Assembly: GCA_041659505.1 (NCBI GenBank)
Contig: JBAZYF010000001.1
Span: 253,274-317,273 of the forward strand
Direction: 5' to 3'
DNA from: Parcubacteria group bacterium
GTDB lineage: Bacteria > Patescibacteriota > Minisyncoccia > Moranbacterales > UBA2206
DNA: 64,000 nucleotides
The notes beneath the pieces were generated by a model that saw only the letters and a list, made by a program, of their open reading frames with translations, was not told where the DNA came from and made no database searches. Of the stretch, positions 29,165-37,108 are shown piece after piece (within the stretch, counting starts at the first letter, position 1; each line of letters opens with the position of its first letter). Position numbers and translations under genes: made by a program.

Positions 29165-29788
29165 TTACTTATTTTTCGCATCAATCTCGTTTGAAAAAAC
29201 AGGTAACCCAATTCTTGAAAGATAATTTGTAAATCTTTGTGATAATTCTTCTCTAAACAACTCACATAATGTTGAGACATAGACGTCTGGATGAACCTCG
29301 TATAGTTCATCTCTAGGAACAGTCATAAAATGTTTAAAATCTACAACCAACTCAGGAATTCCATTAGAAGCATCGCCAGCTAAATAATGATACCGCTTAA
29401 GGTCATCATTTTTCTTTAATTTTTTGACTTTTTTTTCATGTTTTAAATCATTACTCATTTTCCACTCTGCGATATGCTTTCCCTCAATAAAATCATTTAT
29501 CGGATATGCAGGGCAAAGAAGAATAGTTGGTAAATATTTATCTTGCACCTCTACTTCTCCGAGCTTCTTTTTTTCCTTGTTTTTTTCTCTTTCTATGCAA
29601 TCACTTTCTAAATCACAATCCTGACTAAGCACAACCACATATTTCGGGTAAAAATCTTTTATTTTAATTCCTCCATCTGTCTCTCTTTTCGAAAAACCCA
29701 AATAAATAGCGACTTCCTTTAAAATATCGCCTTGGCATACTCGTTTTCCAAACTTAAAGTATCTTTTTTTAATCTGGCTTTCGAACAT
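29165..29788 (-). CDS. Hypothetical protein (207 aa), last gene of an AT-rich three-ORF operon
   Basis: AT-rich codon usage; Asp/Glu/Lys-rich (VVLSQDCDLESDCIEREK); no recognised domain. Confidence 0.55.
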   Translation of the reverse strand: MFESQIKKRYFKFGKRVCQGDILKEVAIYLGFSKRETDGGIKIKDFYPKYVVVLSQDCDLESDCIEREKNKEKKKLGEVEVQDKYLPTILLCPAYPINDFIEGKHIAEWKMSNDLKHEKKVKKLKKNDDLKRYHYLAGDASNGIPELVVDFKHFMTVPRDELYEVHPDVYVSTLCELFREELSQRFTNYLSRIGLPVFSNEIDAKNK

Positions 29789-29954
29789 AGAAACCTTTTT
29801 TAAAGCTAGTTTTTTTTATTTCATATCTTTCTTTTGTTGCTCCAAAAGTAAACCTATTATCTTTCTTGAAAACATTAAATTCTTTTTCATCCACTTTCTC
29901 ATTTTTGCCTCCATGTTTACTATCGACAATGACAAAACTTGAGTATGCTTGCAT
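29769..29954 (-). CDS. Small ORF (61 aa), either an independent microprotein or a frameshifted N-terminal part of the 207-aa gene
   Basis: Starts 5 nt after the upstream gene's stop and overlaps the downstream start by 20 nt across a T8/A8 homopolymer. Confidence 0.35.
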   Translation of the reverse strand: MQAYSSFVIVDSKHGGKNEKVDEKEFNVFKKDNRFTFGATKERYEIKKTSFKKGFYVRKPD

Positions 29955-29958
29955 ATCT

Positions 29959-30726
29959 TTATTTATTTAAAAATTTTCTAAATTTATCAGTTATACTTTG
30001 CTCAAACAAGCTTTCAATATGATTGTGATAAATTTTTGCCCTGTCCAGAACACCTTCCTCTGAAATTTCAAACGGCAGGGTAGAATAACAGTCGAAATCC
30101 AAAATGAATTCTTTCGTGGCAATTTCATTTGGATATTCCTTATTAAAAATTCCAAAATTAAACATCAACTCACCTTTTTCTTTCTTAAAAACGAGCTGAC
30201 TCATTGCTCTTGAAATTTTTTCTTTTCCTTTCATCGAAAAATCAAGCAAACCTATAAGATTTTTATCGATATAATTCTTCCAATCCAAGGGATTTTTTTC
30301 TTTCGACAGCTTTATCTCATTTATAAATCTTAGTCCTAGGCGGTTTATCGTTTTTACCTCAAAAGTATTAGTAAATTTTTCAACAAGTGTTTTTAAATCA
30401 ACAAATAATTCTTCCGATGAACTATATTTATCATATTCTATAAAGGCATATTTTTCACTAACTTCGAAGCGTTTTGTTTTTTGCTTATTTTCAAAAGTAT
30501 ATGCCAAAAACTCATTCATTAATTTGGTTACCTCTCCACTATCAACATCAAACCGAAAGCTACCTTCTTTTCCTTTCTTCGGCTCTTGAAGTATAAATTC
30601 TTTGCTTAGTTCTTTTTTGTTAAATTCTTCAAGAGAACCAAGCTCAACTTTTTCAAAATCCAATCTAAAAATAACCTTTTCGAGACAATTTGTTTTGTAA
30701 CACTTTTTTTTCATAGATTTTTTCAT
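29959..30726 (-). CDS. Hypothetical protein (255 aa); resembles the sporadically distributed TIGR04255 family (from memory)
   Basis: MKKSMKKKCYKTNCLEKVIFRLDFEKVE...; AT-rich; first gene of the operon. Confidence 0.55.
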   Translation of the reverse strand: MKKSMKKKCYKTNCLEKVIFRLDFEKVELGSLEEFNKKELSKEFILQEPKKGKEGSFRFDVDSGEVTKLMNEFLAYTFENKQKTKRFEVSEKYAFIEYDKYSSSEELFVDLKTLVEKFTNTFEVKTINRLGLRFINEIKLSKEKNPLDWKNYIDKNLIGLLDFSMKGKEKISRAMSQLVFKKEKGELMFNFGIFNKEYPNEIATKEFILDFDCYSTLPFEISEEGVLDRAKIYHNHIESLFEQSITDKFRKFLNK

Positions 30727-30928
30727 TTGCTTAAATTATACAGCAATTAACACAAAATTAAAAGCACCTGGCACTTAGTAATCTATTGAAGCAGATAATC
30801 AGCCCATTGGCAAGTTACTGTACAGTTACTTTACTTTTTCCCTAAAAAGACAACAATAAAGAAAAGTAGCAAAATTTTGAAAAATGTAACGAAAAAAATA
30901 ACCTCCTCAGGGGATAAAAGCAATCGAG

Positions 30929-30993
30929 GACCGTCCTCGACTGGGAAGTTTTTTGCCCGTAGAGTGCTTTTTTGTCAATAAGCACTCTACGGG
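30929..30993 (+). repeat. Partial module-A junction (gaccgtcct|cgactgggaagtt) followed by a perfect 14-bp-stem hairpin, cccgtagagtgctt...aagcactctacggg
   Basis: The junction matches the A2/Fic-cassette junction (ccgtcct|cgactagaaagtt). Confidence 0.5.
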
Positions 30994-31040
30994 AAAAAGA
31001 GAGAGAAAGAAAAAGTGAGAAAAATGGGTCAGGCACCTTC

Positions 31041-31220
31041 TCATCCTTCTTTCCAATCCCTGATCAAAATCCCGCCCCGGACTTTCTTGAGGGTGACTTT
31101 CTGCTTTTCTTTCCAGTTAAGCTCCATCGCCATCTCTTTGGGAAGAGTGACCGCCAGACTGGTTTTCCCTATGCGCGTGATTTTTCTGGTGTTTTTGTCT
31201 TTGAGTTTGGTGGTAGCCAT
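31041..31220 (-). CDS. AbrB/MazE/SpoVT-family small DNA-binding protein (59 aa); below the ORF-track length cutoff
   Basis: Manual translation: MATTKLKDKNTRKITRIGKTSLAVTLPKEMAMELNWKEKQKVTLKKVRGGILIRDWKEG. Homologous to the small protein at 16425..16595. The 16-bp palindrome of module A2 sits 13 nt upstream. Confidence 0.6.
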   Translation of the reverse strand: MATTKLKDKNTRKITRIGKTSLAVTLPKEMAMELNWKEKQKVTLKKVRGGILIRDWKEG

Positions 31221-31232
31221 ATAAGTATTGAA

Positions 31233-31318
31233 ATATGTATTTAAATACGTACTTTTATTTTATCTCCAGAAAAGAAAAGTGGCAAATGAAAACGACTACC
31301 ATTTCTGGTGGCCGTCCT
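31233..31318 (+). repeat. Non-coding module A, copy A2 (between Fic and the AbrB-like gene)
   Basis: atatgtatttaaatacgtacttttatttt...ggtggccgtcct; paralog of A1. Confidence 0.7.
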
Positions 31319-31372
31319 CGACTAGAAAGTTATTTAAAAATGATACTATCAATTTCTTCTATTCGATCGAAA

Positions 31373-32428
31373 TCATTTTAAGACATAGGCTGATGCGGGA
31401 CCTTTGCCGACTTGCCTGATCAGCTTGATTTTTTTCAGCCTTTGCAAATGAAATTGAGCTGTTCTTTTGGGACAATTCAAAACATCCATAACATCAGTCG
31501 CCGTAATCCGGCCAAGCCTATCAGCAAAATCAAGAATTTTCATTTGATCGGCTTCCAAATAGACTTGCGAACTGATGTCATCACTAATTTTTCGCGCCGA
31601 CAGCGCAGTCACTTTATTTTTGACATTATCAATTTCTTCCTTGAAGCCTAGCACGAAATATTTCAGCCATGGAGTAAAATCAACTTTTCTTTCCAGATAA
31701 GTTTTGCCGATATTGATCGCTTTGTAATAACTCGGGCGGTCTTTGTTGTAATAATCTTCCAAGGCGAACAACCGGCGAAAATCATAACCCATTTTATACA
31801 AAATCAGCGTGGCCAGCGCTCTGGCGGTGCGTCCATTGCCATCTGAGAATGGATGGATGGCCGCAATTTCTTGATGCACAATTCCAGCTACGATTACCGG
31901 ATTGATGTCCGCATTTTCACTCTCGTTTATCCATTTGATGAGATCAGCGCACAGAGTCGGAACTTTTTTAGCTTCCGGACCAGCATACATAACTTCGGTG
32001 GGAAACCCCGCTTTGCGCCGAACCACGTAAACTGGACTCTTTCGATAGTGCCCTGATTGCTCTTTGGGTAAAGTTTTGTTTGTTACTAATTTATGAATTT
32101 TGAGAAGGACTTTTTCTGTAATTGCTTGTCTTTTTTGCACAATCTCTTCAATATATTTCAAGGCTTTTAGATAATTTTGCACCTCAAAAATATCTCGCTC
32201 CGGAGCATCGACTTTCTTTTTTCCTAGCAAAGCCTCAACTTCGTAGGCGTTTAGCTGGTTTCCCTCAATGGCCGTTGAACTGTGAGACATTCGCACCAGA
32301 GCCTGTCTGCGCAATTTTAGTTCATGTTTGGGCAAAATTCGGGCGCGTTCGATGGCTGACTTAGTTTGTGCAATGGAAACCAACATCCCAACAATACTGT
32401 CGGTAAGCTTATATTTTGGCAAAAACAT
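31373..32428 (-). CDS. Fic-family protein (class II, with an N-terminal inhibitory motif), likely an AMPylase
   Basis: Fic motif HPFSDGNGRTARAL; N-terminal inhibitory helix STAIEGN ((S/T)xxxE(G/N)); C-terminal winged-helix-like tail. Confidence 0.9.
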   Translation of the reverse strand: MFLPKYKLTDSIVGMLVSIAQTKSAIERARILPKHELKLRRQALVRMSHSSTAIEGNQLNAYEVEALLGKKKVDAPERDIFEVQNYLKALKYIEEIVQKRQAITEKVLLKIHKLVTNKTLPKEQSGHYRKSPVYVVRRKAGFPTEVMYAGPEAKKVPTLCADLIKWINESENADINPVIVAGIVHQEIAAIHPFSDGNGRTARALATLILYKMGYDFRRLFALEDYYNKDRPSYYKAINIGKTYLERKVDFTPWLKYFVLGFKEEIDNVKNKVTALSARKISDDISSQVYLEADQMKILDFADRLGRITATDVMDVLNCPKRTAQFHLQRLKKIKLIRQVGKGPASAYVLK

Positions 32429-32608
32429 ATTTTTTTGCAGGTTATTATTACACTAACAGTATAGCATAAAAAGAATAATTGCGCAATAATCGCGCAAGAT
32501 ATCGCGCAAAGGTTTTATAGCAAATATGCGGAATTTAAAAAACACTTTCGAACTCAAAAAATAGATCCTACTAAAACAAAAAGAGACATTTCTGCCTCTC
32601 CTTGTCCT

Positions 32609-32690
32609 ACTTTGCTCCCCCTGCAGGATATGTTCCGCCACTTGAATATCTCTAAAGTGGAGATGGAATTACGATTGTTCAGTTTTGTGG
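32609..32690 (+). repeat. Non-coding module B, copy B2 (upstream of Fic)
   Basis: Paralog of B1. Confidence 0.65.
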
Positions 32691-32786
32691 TATAAAAAAC
32701 TTTAAATTTTACAAATTAAAAACCGGGGCTTACCCTGTTGAACGGGTATGCTCCGGCTATTCTACTATTTCGCCGTTTAAGCGTTG

Positions 32787-33242
32787 TTACGCTTCGGCAG
32801 GACCAGTGCCAATGTTGAAGAACTCGCCGACTGCGACAACCTTTGCGCGTCTTGCTGCAAGTTTACCGAGTTCTTCGCTTGCTTCCTGCATGGACGCATT
32901 AAGATTAACTTCATGCTGATTGATTTGCTCATGCAGGTTGGCGATGATTTTGGCGACCTTCTCAGCAAATTCATCCGCTCCTTGTTGTGTATTATCAGCA
33001 TCGGAGTCAAGCATCTCGACAGCGGATGTGCATTCTTCGCCGATGCACACTCTGGCTCCGAGGACTTGTGCCGTCGCGATAATCGAAAACGGCACTGCTT
33101 TCGATCCATCGCCCTTGATCAGGCCATTGGCACGATCATAAACGGCTTCCGCCTGATAAAGCCCAAGTACCGGCTGAATGGGTTTGGGGGCGGTGGCGGG
33201 TATAGCTGTTTTTTCAAAAAGGGTGTACGATCCAATTTTCAT
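32787..33242 (-). CDS. Hypothetical protein (151 aa) in a locally GC-rich segment
   Basis: Clean ORF; composition differs from its neighbours (GC clearly above the flanks); no motif recognised. Confidence 0.5.
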   Translation of the reverse strand: MKIGSYTLFEKTAIPATAPKPIQPVLGLYQAEAVYDRANGLIKGDGSKAVPFSIIATAQVLGARVCIGEECTSAVEMLDSDADNTQQGADEFAEKVAKIIANLHEQINQHEVNLNASMQEASEELGKLAARRAKVVAVGEFFNIGTGPAEA

Positions 33243-33482
33243 AGCTTACTCCTTTCCTGTTTGTGGCTTAATGCCAATTGTTTATACACTCCCAATGTTG
33301 ATATGGAACTCGTTTTTAGATGCATCTCTTTTTCAGAAACGCAACTGTGCAACTTAGCATATCCCTTCAGAGTTGTCAATCTTCTGGCGCAAACTATTAC
33401 TTAAAAGGCTTAATGATGTTGCGCGACGCAATCTTTCTTGATTCGACTAGTCGCGCAGAAGCTGGCTACCAAAATTCTCGAA

Positions 33483-34220
33483 TTAGATGTGATTCCAGAT
33501 GCCCAATCGAGCCCGGATTTCCATAAAGGGCTTCATGGGCTTTTCCACTTCCGCCACTCTGCTTTTTGCCTCCCTTAACACATCAATAGCATCGTCGAAA
33601 AGATTTTTCACCATGAACTCGCCCAATTTAAGCTCAGGGTTTTCAAAGAATGGCATTATCGTTTCCTCGAAGCCTTCCTTTTTCAATCCGAGTAAATTAG
33701 CGTTGGTCAGTATCTGACAGCTGACCACATTCTCGTTAATTTTTGGTATATCCAGTTTTGCAGGTTGATTCGGGTGAGGTTCTTTGCGGTATACTGTAGT
33801 CACAATAATCATCACCGCTAAATCGGCCAAGACGAATAATTTCCTCTCAAAAAACTGGCCTTTTTCCTCTTTAGTTTCCAGTGTTTTCACTGGGATAAAG
33901 AGCCAGCCGTCATTGATAAAAAATGTCTTCGGCAGACTGTCGACAACTTCTTTGGGGGTGACTCTTTTTTCATTCTGCCCGCCACCTTCGAGCGGGTGAT
34001 TCAGTATCGCTTCAAAAGTCATTGATTTACTGCTGATTTCCGCCACTCGGGGCAAAATCAGCTTGCTGGCTTCCAGAGAAAGCTTAACAAGAGAAAACCA
34101 TTCCAGTGGATTCAATCTCCCCTTTTCCACAGTCCCTTGAGTTGCGAAATGATACGGCTCGGTAAGTTCCTGTTTTTTATCAACCATGATCAATCTCCTT
34201 CCATCTCCGTTGTGATTCAT
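33483..34220 (-). CDS. Hypothetical protein (245 aa)
   Basis: ORF with a 4-bp overlap onto the upstream epimerase gene. Confidence 0.5.
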   Translation of the reverse strand: MNHNGDGRRLIMVDKKQELTEPYHFATQGTVEKGRLNPLEWFSLVKLSLEASKLILPRVAEISSKSMTFEAILNHPLEGGGQNEKRVTPKEVVDSLPKTFFINDGWLFIPVKTLETKEEKGQFFERKLFVLADLAVMIIVTTVYRKEPHPNQPAKLDIPKINENVVSCQILTNANLLGLKKEGFEETIMPFFENPELKLGEFMVKNLFDDAIDVLREAKSRVAEVEKPMKPFMEIRARLGIWNHI

Positions 34221-34975
34221 ACTACCGTTAAGCGCATTACCATTTCCGATTTTTCACCCTCACTGAGAAATTTTCCATTTTCAGGATCAGCGAATGCATT
34301 CGGATGCGTCAAAATTGGCTCAACACAAAAGTATTCATCCGCATTGTCGCTCCAAAGCGTTAGCTGAGAAGCTGAATTGAAATCGCCACTTAATTCCATG
34401 CTTAGGGTTCGTTCTCCGGACTTAACCAGAATCGGGCTGTCTACAACGATTATCTCGGACTCTTTTTTGAAATCAGTCAATACGTGAGAGCCGACTCTGG
34501 CCAGACACTTCGCAATACTGTGCCTTGGTGGTTTGGAAAAATCGCTGCAGAAATAGGGATGAAACCCTGGGTTAATTGGCGCGCGAAAATATTCGCCATC
34601 GCGTAACCTTTCTATGGCAAGTTTCAACGTTAAGGAACCAGCTAGCGGATTAATCGAAATAGTTACCAGATATTTCAGTTTCCAGGGAAACTCTTTTGTG
34701 ACCTCATTTTTCCCCACAAACACAACTTGGTTTGGTACGTCCCAATAAAGCTGGAGTACCTGATGCCTCAGCCAGCCATGTCGCGGAAATGAAGAAAGAG
34801 CTTCGATCGGCTTTCCGAAAAATGGAAAACAAATCGGAATGCCACCTCTGGATTTTTCACCAACCATTCTTTCTGGATAAATAAGGTTTTTACCGTGATA
34901 TACGAATTCCTTCACGGTTGCGCCAGTGGATGAAATCACAGCATAAGTACTTTTGTCACCAATAGTTTTTAGCAT
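34217..34975 (-). CDS. Aldose 1-epimerase-family protein (hexose-6-phosphate mutarotase-like)
   Basis: GGIPICFPFFG and RHGWLRHQVLQ match the epimerase motifs (GIP.LFPW.GR, HGFAR...W). Confidence 0.75.
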   Translation of the reverse strand: MLKTIGDKSTYAVISSTGATVKEFVYHGKNLIYPERMVGEKSRGGIPICFPFFGKPIEALSSFPRHGWLRHQVLQLYWDVPNQVVFVGKNEVTKEFPWKLKYLVTISINPLAGSLTLKLAIERLRDGEYFRAPINPGFHPYFCSDFSKPPRHSIAKCLARVGSHVLTDFKKESEIIVVDSPILVKSGERTLSMELSGDFNSASQLTLWSDNADEYFCVEPILTHPNAFADPENGKFLSEGEKSEMVMRLTVV

Positions 34976-35165
34976 GATTCATAATCCTCCTCTTGAAAAG
35001 TTGTTGTAGATTCTAACAAAATATCACCTTTTTAGATTATATCTAACCTCTCTTTGAGAGATAGTTTTTGTTAAAAAGCTGGATTTACTATTTAAGCATT
35101 ATTGTAAAGTAAATGCAAATAATCAAATGTTTTCCAATATAAAAAGGCTTTAATAAGCCTTAAAA

Positions 35166-35835
35166 TATACCTATGCTCCGCGACCAGGACTCGAACCTGG
35201 AACCAATTGATTACACATAATCTTTCTGTTTCCAAAAAGGGTGGACTATATCATCTCCTCATTACTAAGGAGTGAGGCGCTTCCCGTCCCGATTAATCGG
35301 GACAGTACTCTCTTGCGAGATAGTCTCTGAACCTTCCTTCACTAAAAGATTGCTTTGCAAGCCGTAGCTTTAGCGAAGGCTTGGCTGCTGATTACCATAA
35401 TTCCCGCTGAGGAATATTAGGCTTCCAGCAATTCACCTCATTCTTCACTTCCAAATTTCTTTGGAAGGCTGCGTATGTTGTTATGCAACTCTCTATGACA
35501 ATTCGCGCATACAAGGATGCACTTTTTAATCTCACTTTTTACTCTTTCCCAACTGCGAGTCAACCCCGCTTGAGAAACGCCAAATTCTTTTTCCGAAGAA
35601 TTGGCATGGTGAAATTCCAATGCATCACTGCAACGATCATAGCCACAAAGGGCACATTTACCGCCTCCGTATTCAATCGCCATTTCTCGAAGCTTTTTGC
35701 GTCTTTTTGAAACGGCTTTTTTTATATACTCTCGGCGGTCAGCGTATTTTCGGGTTTCCTTCATGTATCAATTATACCATTTTGCACAAAGGATGTGTAC
35801 CACAGTCAACTGCTCTACCATTGAGCTATCGCGGA
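35166..35835 (-). tRNA. Intron-containing tRNA, best fit tRNA-Asn(GUU). Exon 1 is 35835..35801, the intron is about 35800..35204, exon 2 is 35203..35166.
   Basis: 5' half: TCCGCGA-TA-GCTCAATGGTAGAGC-A-GTTGA-CTGT. 3' half: TAA-TCAAT-TGGTT-CCAGGTTCGAGTCCTGG-TCGCGGA-G. The acceptor stem is 7/7 complementary across 670 bp; U8, D-arm and T-loop TTCGAGT are canonical. U1-A72 with G73, and a CUGUUAA loop if spliced after U35, match tRNA-Asn. Exon 1 ends in U and the intron ends in G, as expected for a group I intron. Confidence 0.65.
35438..35764 (-). CDS. HNH homing endonuclease encoded inside the tRNA intron
   Basis: CALCGYDRCSDALEFHHANSSEKEF...CILVCANCHRELH: an HNH motif with two Cys pairs. Confidence 0.85.
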   Translation of the reverse strand: MKETRKYADRREYIKKAVSKRRKKLREMAIEYGGGKCALCGYDRCSDALEFHHANSSEKEFGVSQAGLTRSWERVKSEIKKCILVCANCHRELHNNIRSLPKKFGSEE

Positions 35836-36061
35836 ATATTTGATTTGTAAATTACAAAACAAACTTATTCTAGCAAGGAATTTCGAATAAATCAATAGTC
35901 GGCTTTTATATGCCCTATTTTTGATAAATTTTAGGCGAAAAAGAACTAGAAAATATGTTGCTAAATTATAATTGCAGGATTATTTTTGACAATTTAGTGT
36001 TCTTTATTTGGCTAATTTAAGTCATAATTTCATATTATGCTAAAATCATATGAAAAATACT

Positions 36062-36090
36062 TGACAAGTTTTTGCCCATGCTCTATACTG
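36062..36090 (+). promoter_or_regulatory. Consensus sigma-70-type promoter (TTGACA-17 nt-TATACT) driving a roughly 250-nt leader ahead of the trmB-like gene
   Basis: ttgacaagtttttgcccatgctctatact. Confidence 0.55.
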
Positions 36091-36340
36091 GACTTAGTTA
36101 GTACCTTTAATAAAAAATAAGCCAGTGAGGAGCGGTTTTGAAGATTTGGCGGAATTTGATTGGGACGGGCAGAATTTTCTCCCGATACATTTCGATTGAT
36201 AAATCCTTACCAATCTTCCCTCTCATTTTCCTTTCCCATCTTCTTTCTCCCTTCTTCCTCGCTCGCTTTCTTTTTCACACTGGAATAAACATCGCTTTTA
36301 TTTCAGTTCTTCTTTTTTAAAGCAACTTTTTAAAATATAT

Positions 36341-37087
36341 ATGGACACAACAATTCTCAAAAAACTTGGCCTTGATGACAAGGAAGCTAAGGTTTATTTG
36401 ACCCTCTTGGAATATGGCGCCATTTCTGTGCGTGGCCTAGCGGAAGTTTCCGCGCTCAACCGCGGGACAGCTTATGACACTTTGAAACGCCTGCAAGAAA
36501 TCGGCCTGGTCAGTTATTACTATCAAGAAAAAAAACAACGCTTCGTGGCGGAAGATCCGGAGCGCCTCTTGGAAATTCTCAAAAAGCGTGAACAGGAAAT
36601 TAAGGAAGTGAAAAATGGAATTCTTGATATCATCCCAGAACTAAAATCGATCCAAGACAAAAAAGATTTGAAACCCGTTTCCAAGCTCTATGAAAACCGC
36701 GCCGGCATAAAAACAATCTTGGATGATTTATTGTCTTCGATGGAAACTCTGCCCGAAAAAGAACGGGAATATTATATCTATTCTTCAACCCAAGCCAGTG
36801 CTGACATCCACAAGGCCTATCCCAATTTTACCCAAGAGCGGATTAAGCGCGACATTCACGTCCGCTCAATCTCGCTGGCGCAGGGCGGAAATTTGCACGG
36901 TTTGGATCACCGGCGCTGGCTCGGCACGGACAAAGATTCGGCCACTTTTATCCTGATCTACGCCGAAAAATGCGCCTTCATTTCCCGCGACTCCGAGGGT
37001 ACGCCGGTGGGAATTTTGGTGGAAAACAAGATGATCTACGAAACACAAAAAATGATATTTCTCAAACTGTGGGATTTTTTACAATAA
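36341..37087 (+). CDS. TrmB-family transcriptional regulator
   Basis: N-terminal wHTH, KEAKVYLTLLEYGAISVRGLAEVSALNRGTAYDTLKRLQEIGLV, typical of TrmB. Confidence 0.8.
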   Translation: MDTTILKKLGLDDKEAKVYLTLLEYGAISVRGLAEVSALNRGTAYDTLKRLQEIGLVSYYYQEKKQRFVAEDPERLLEILKKREQEIKEVKNGILDIIPELKSIQDKKDLKPVSKLYENRAGIKTILDDLLSSMETLPEKEREYYIYSSTQASADIHKAYPNFTQERIKRDIHVRSISLAQGGNLHGLDHRRWLGTDKDSATFILIYAEKCAFISRDSEGTPVGILVENKMIYETQKMIFLKLWDFLQ

Positions 37088-37108
37088 ATCAATCTAAAAA
37101 ACAAAACT

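Noticed and set aside
28945-29232. Plus-strand ORFs inside repeat modules A1/B1 and A2 (28945..29232, 28949..29158, 31228..31419)
   Set aside because: Between the A1 and A2 copies the shared frame differs mostly by non-synonymous substitutions and indels, so there is no purifying selection on the frame. They are read as non-coding regulatory modules.
28956-32690. A/B repeats as a CRISPR array
   Set aside because: Only 2-3 copies, lengths of 80-90 bp, irregular spacing of 1.5-2.2 kb occupied by genes, and no cas genes.
35438-35764. HNH ORF as a free-standing restriction or defence nuclease
   Set aside because: It lies wholly inside the tRNA intron, between the two exon halves, which is the typical position of a homing endonuclease.
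35166-35835. Assignment of the split tRNA as tRNA-His(GUG)
   Set aside because: The discriminator is G73 and no extra G-1 can be placed; U1-A72, G73 and a CUGUUAA loop fit Asn better. The splice site cannot be fixed from sequence alone, so Thr-UGU remains an alternative.
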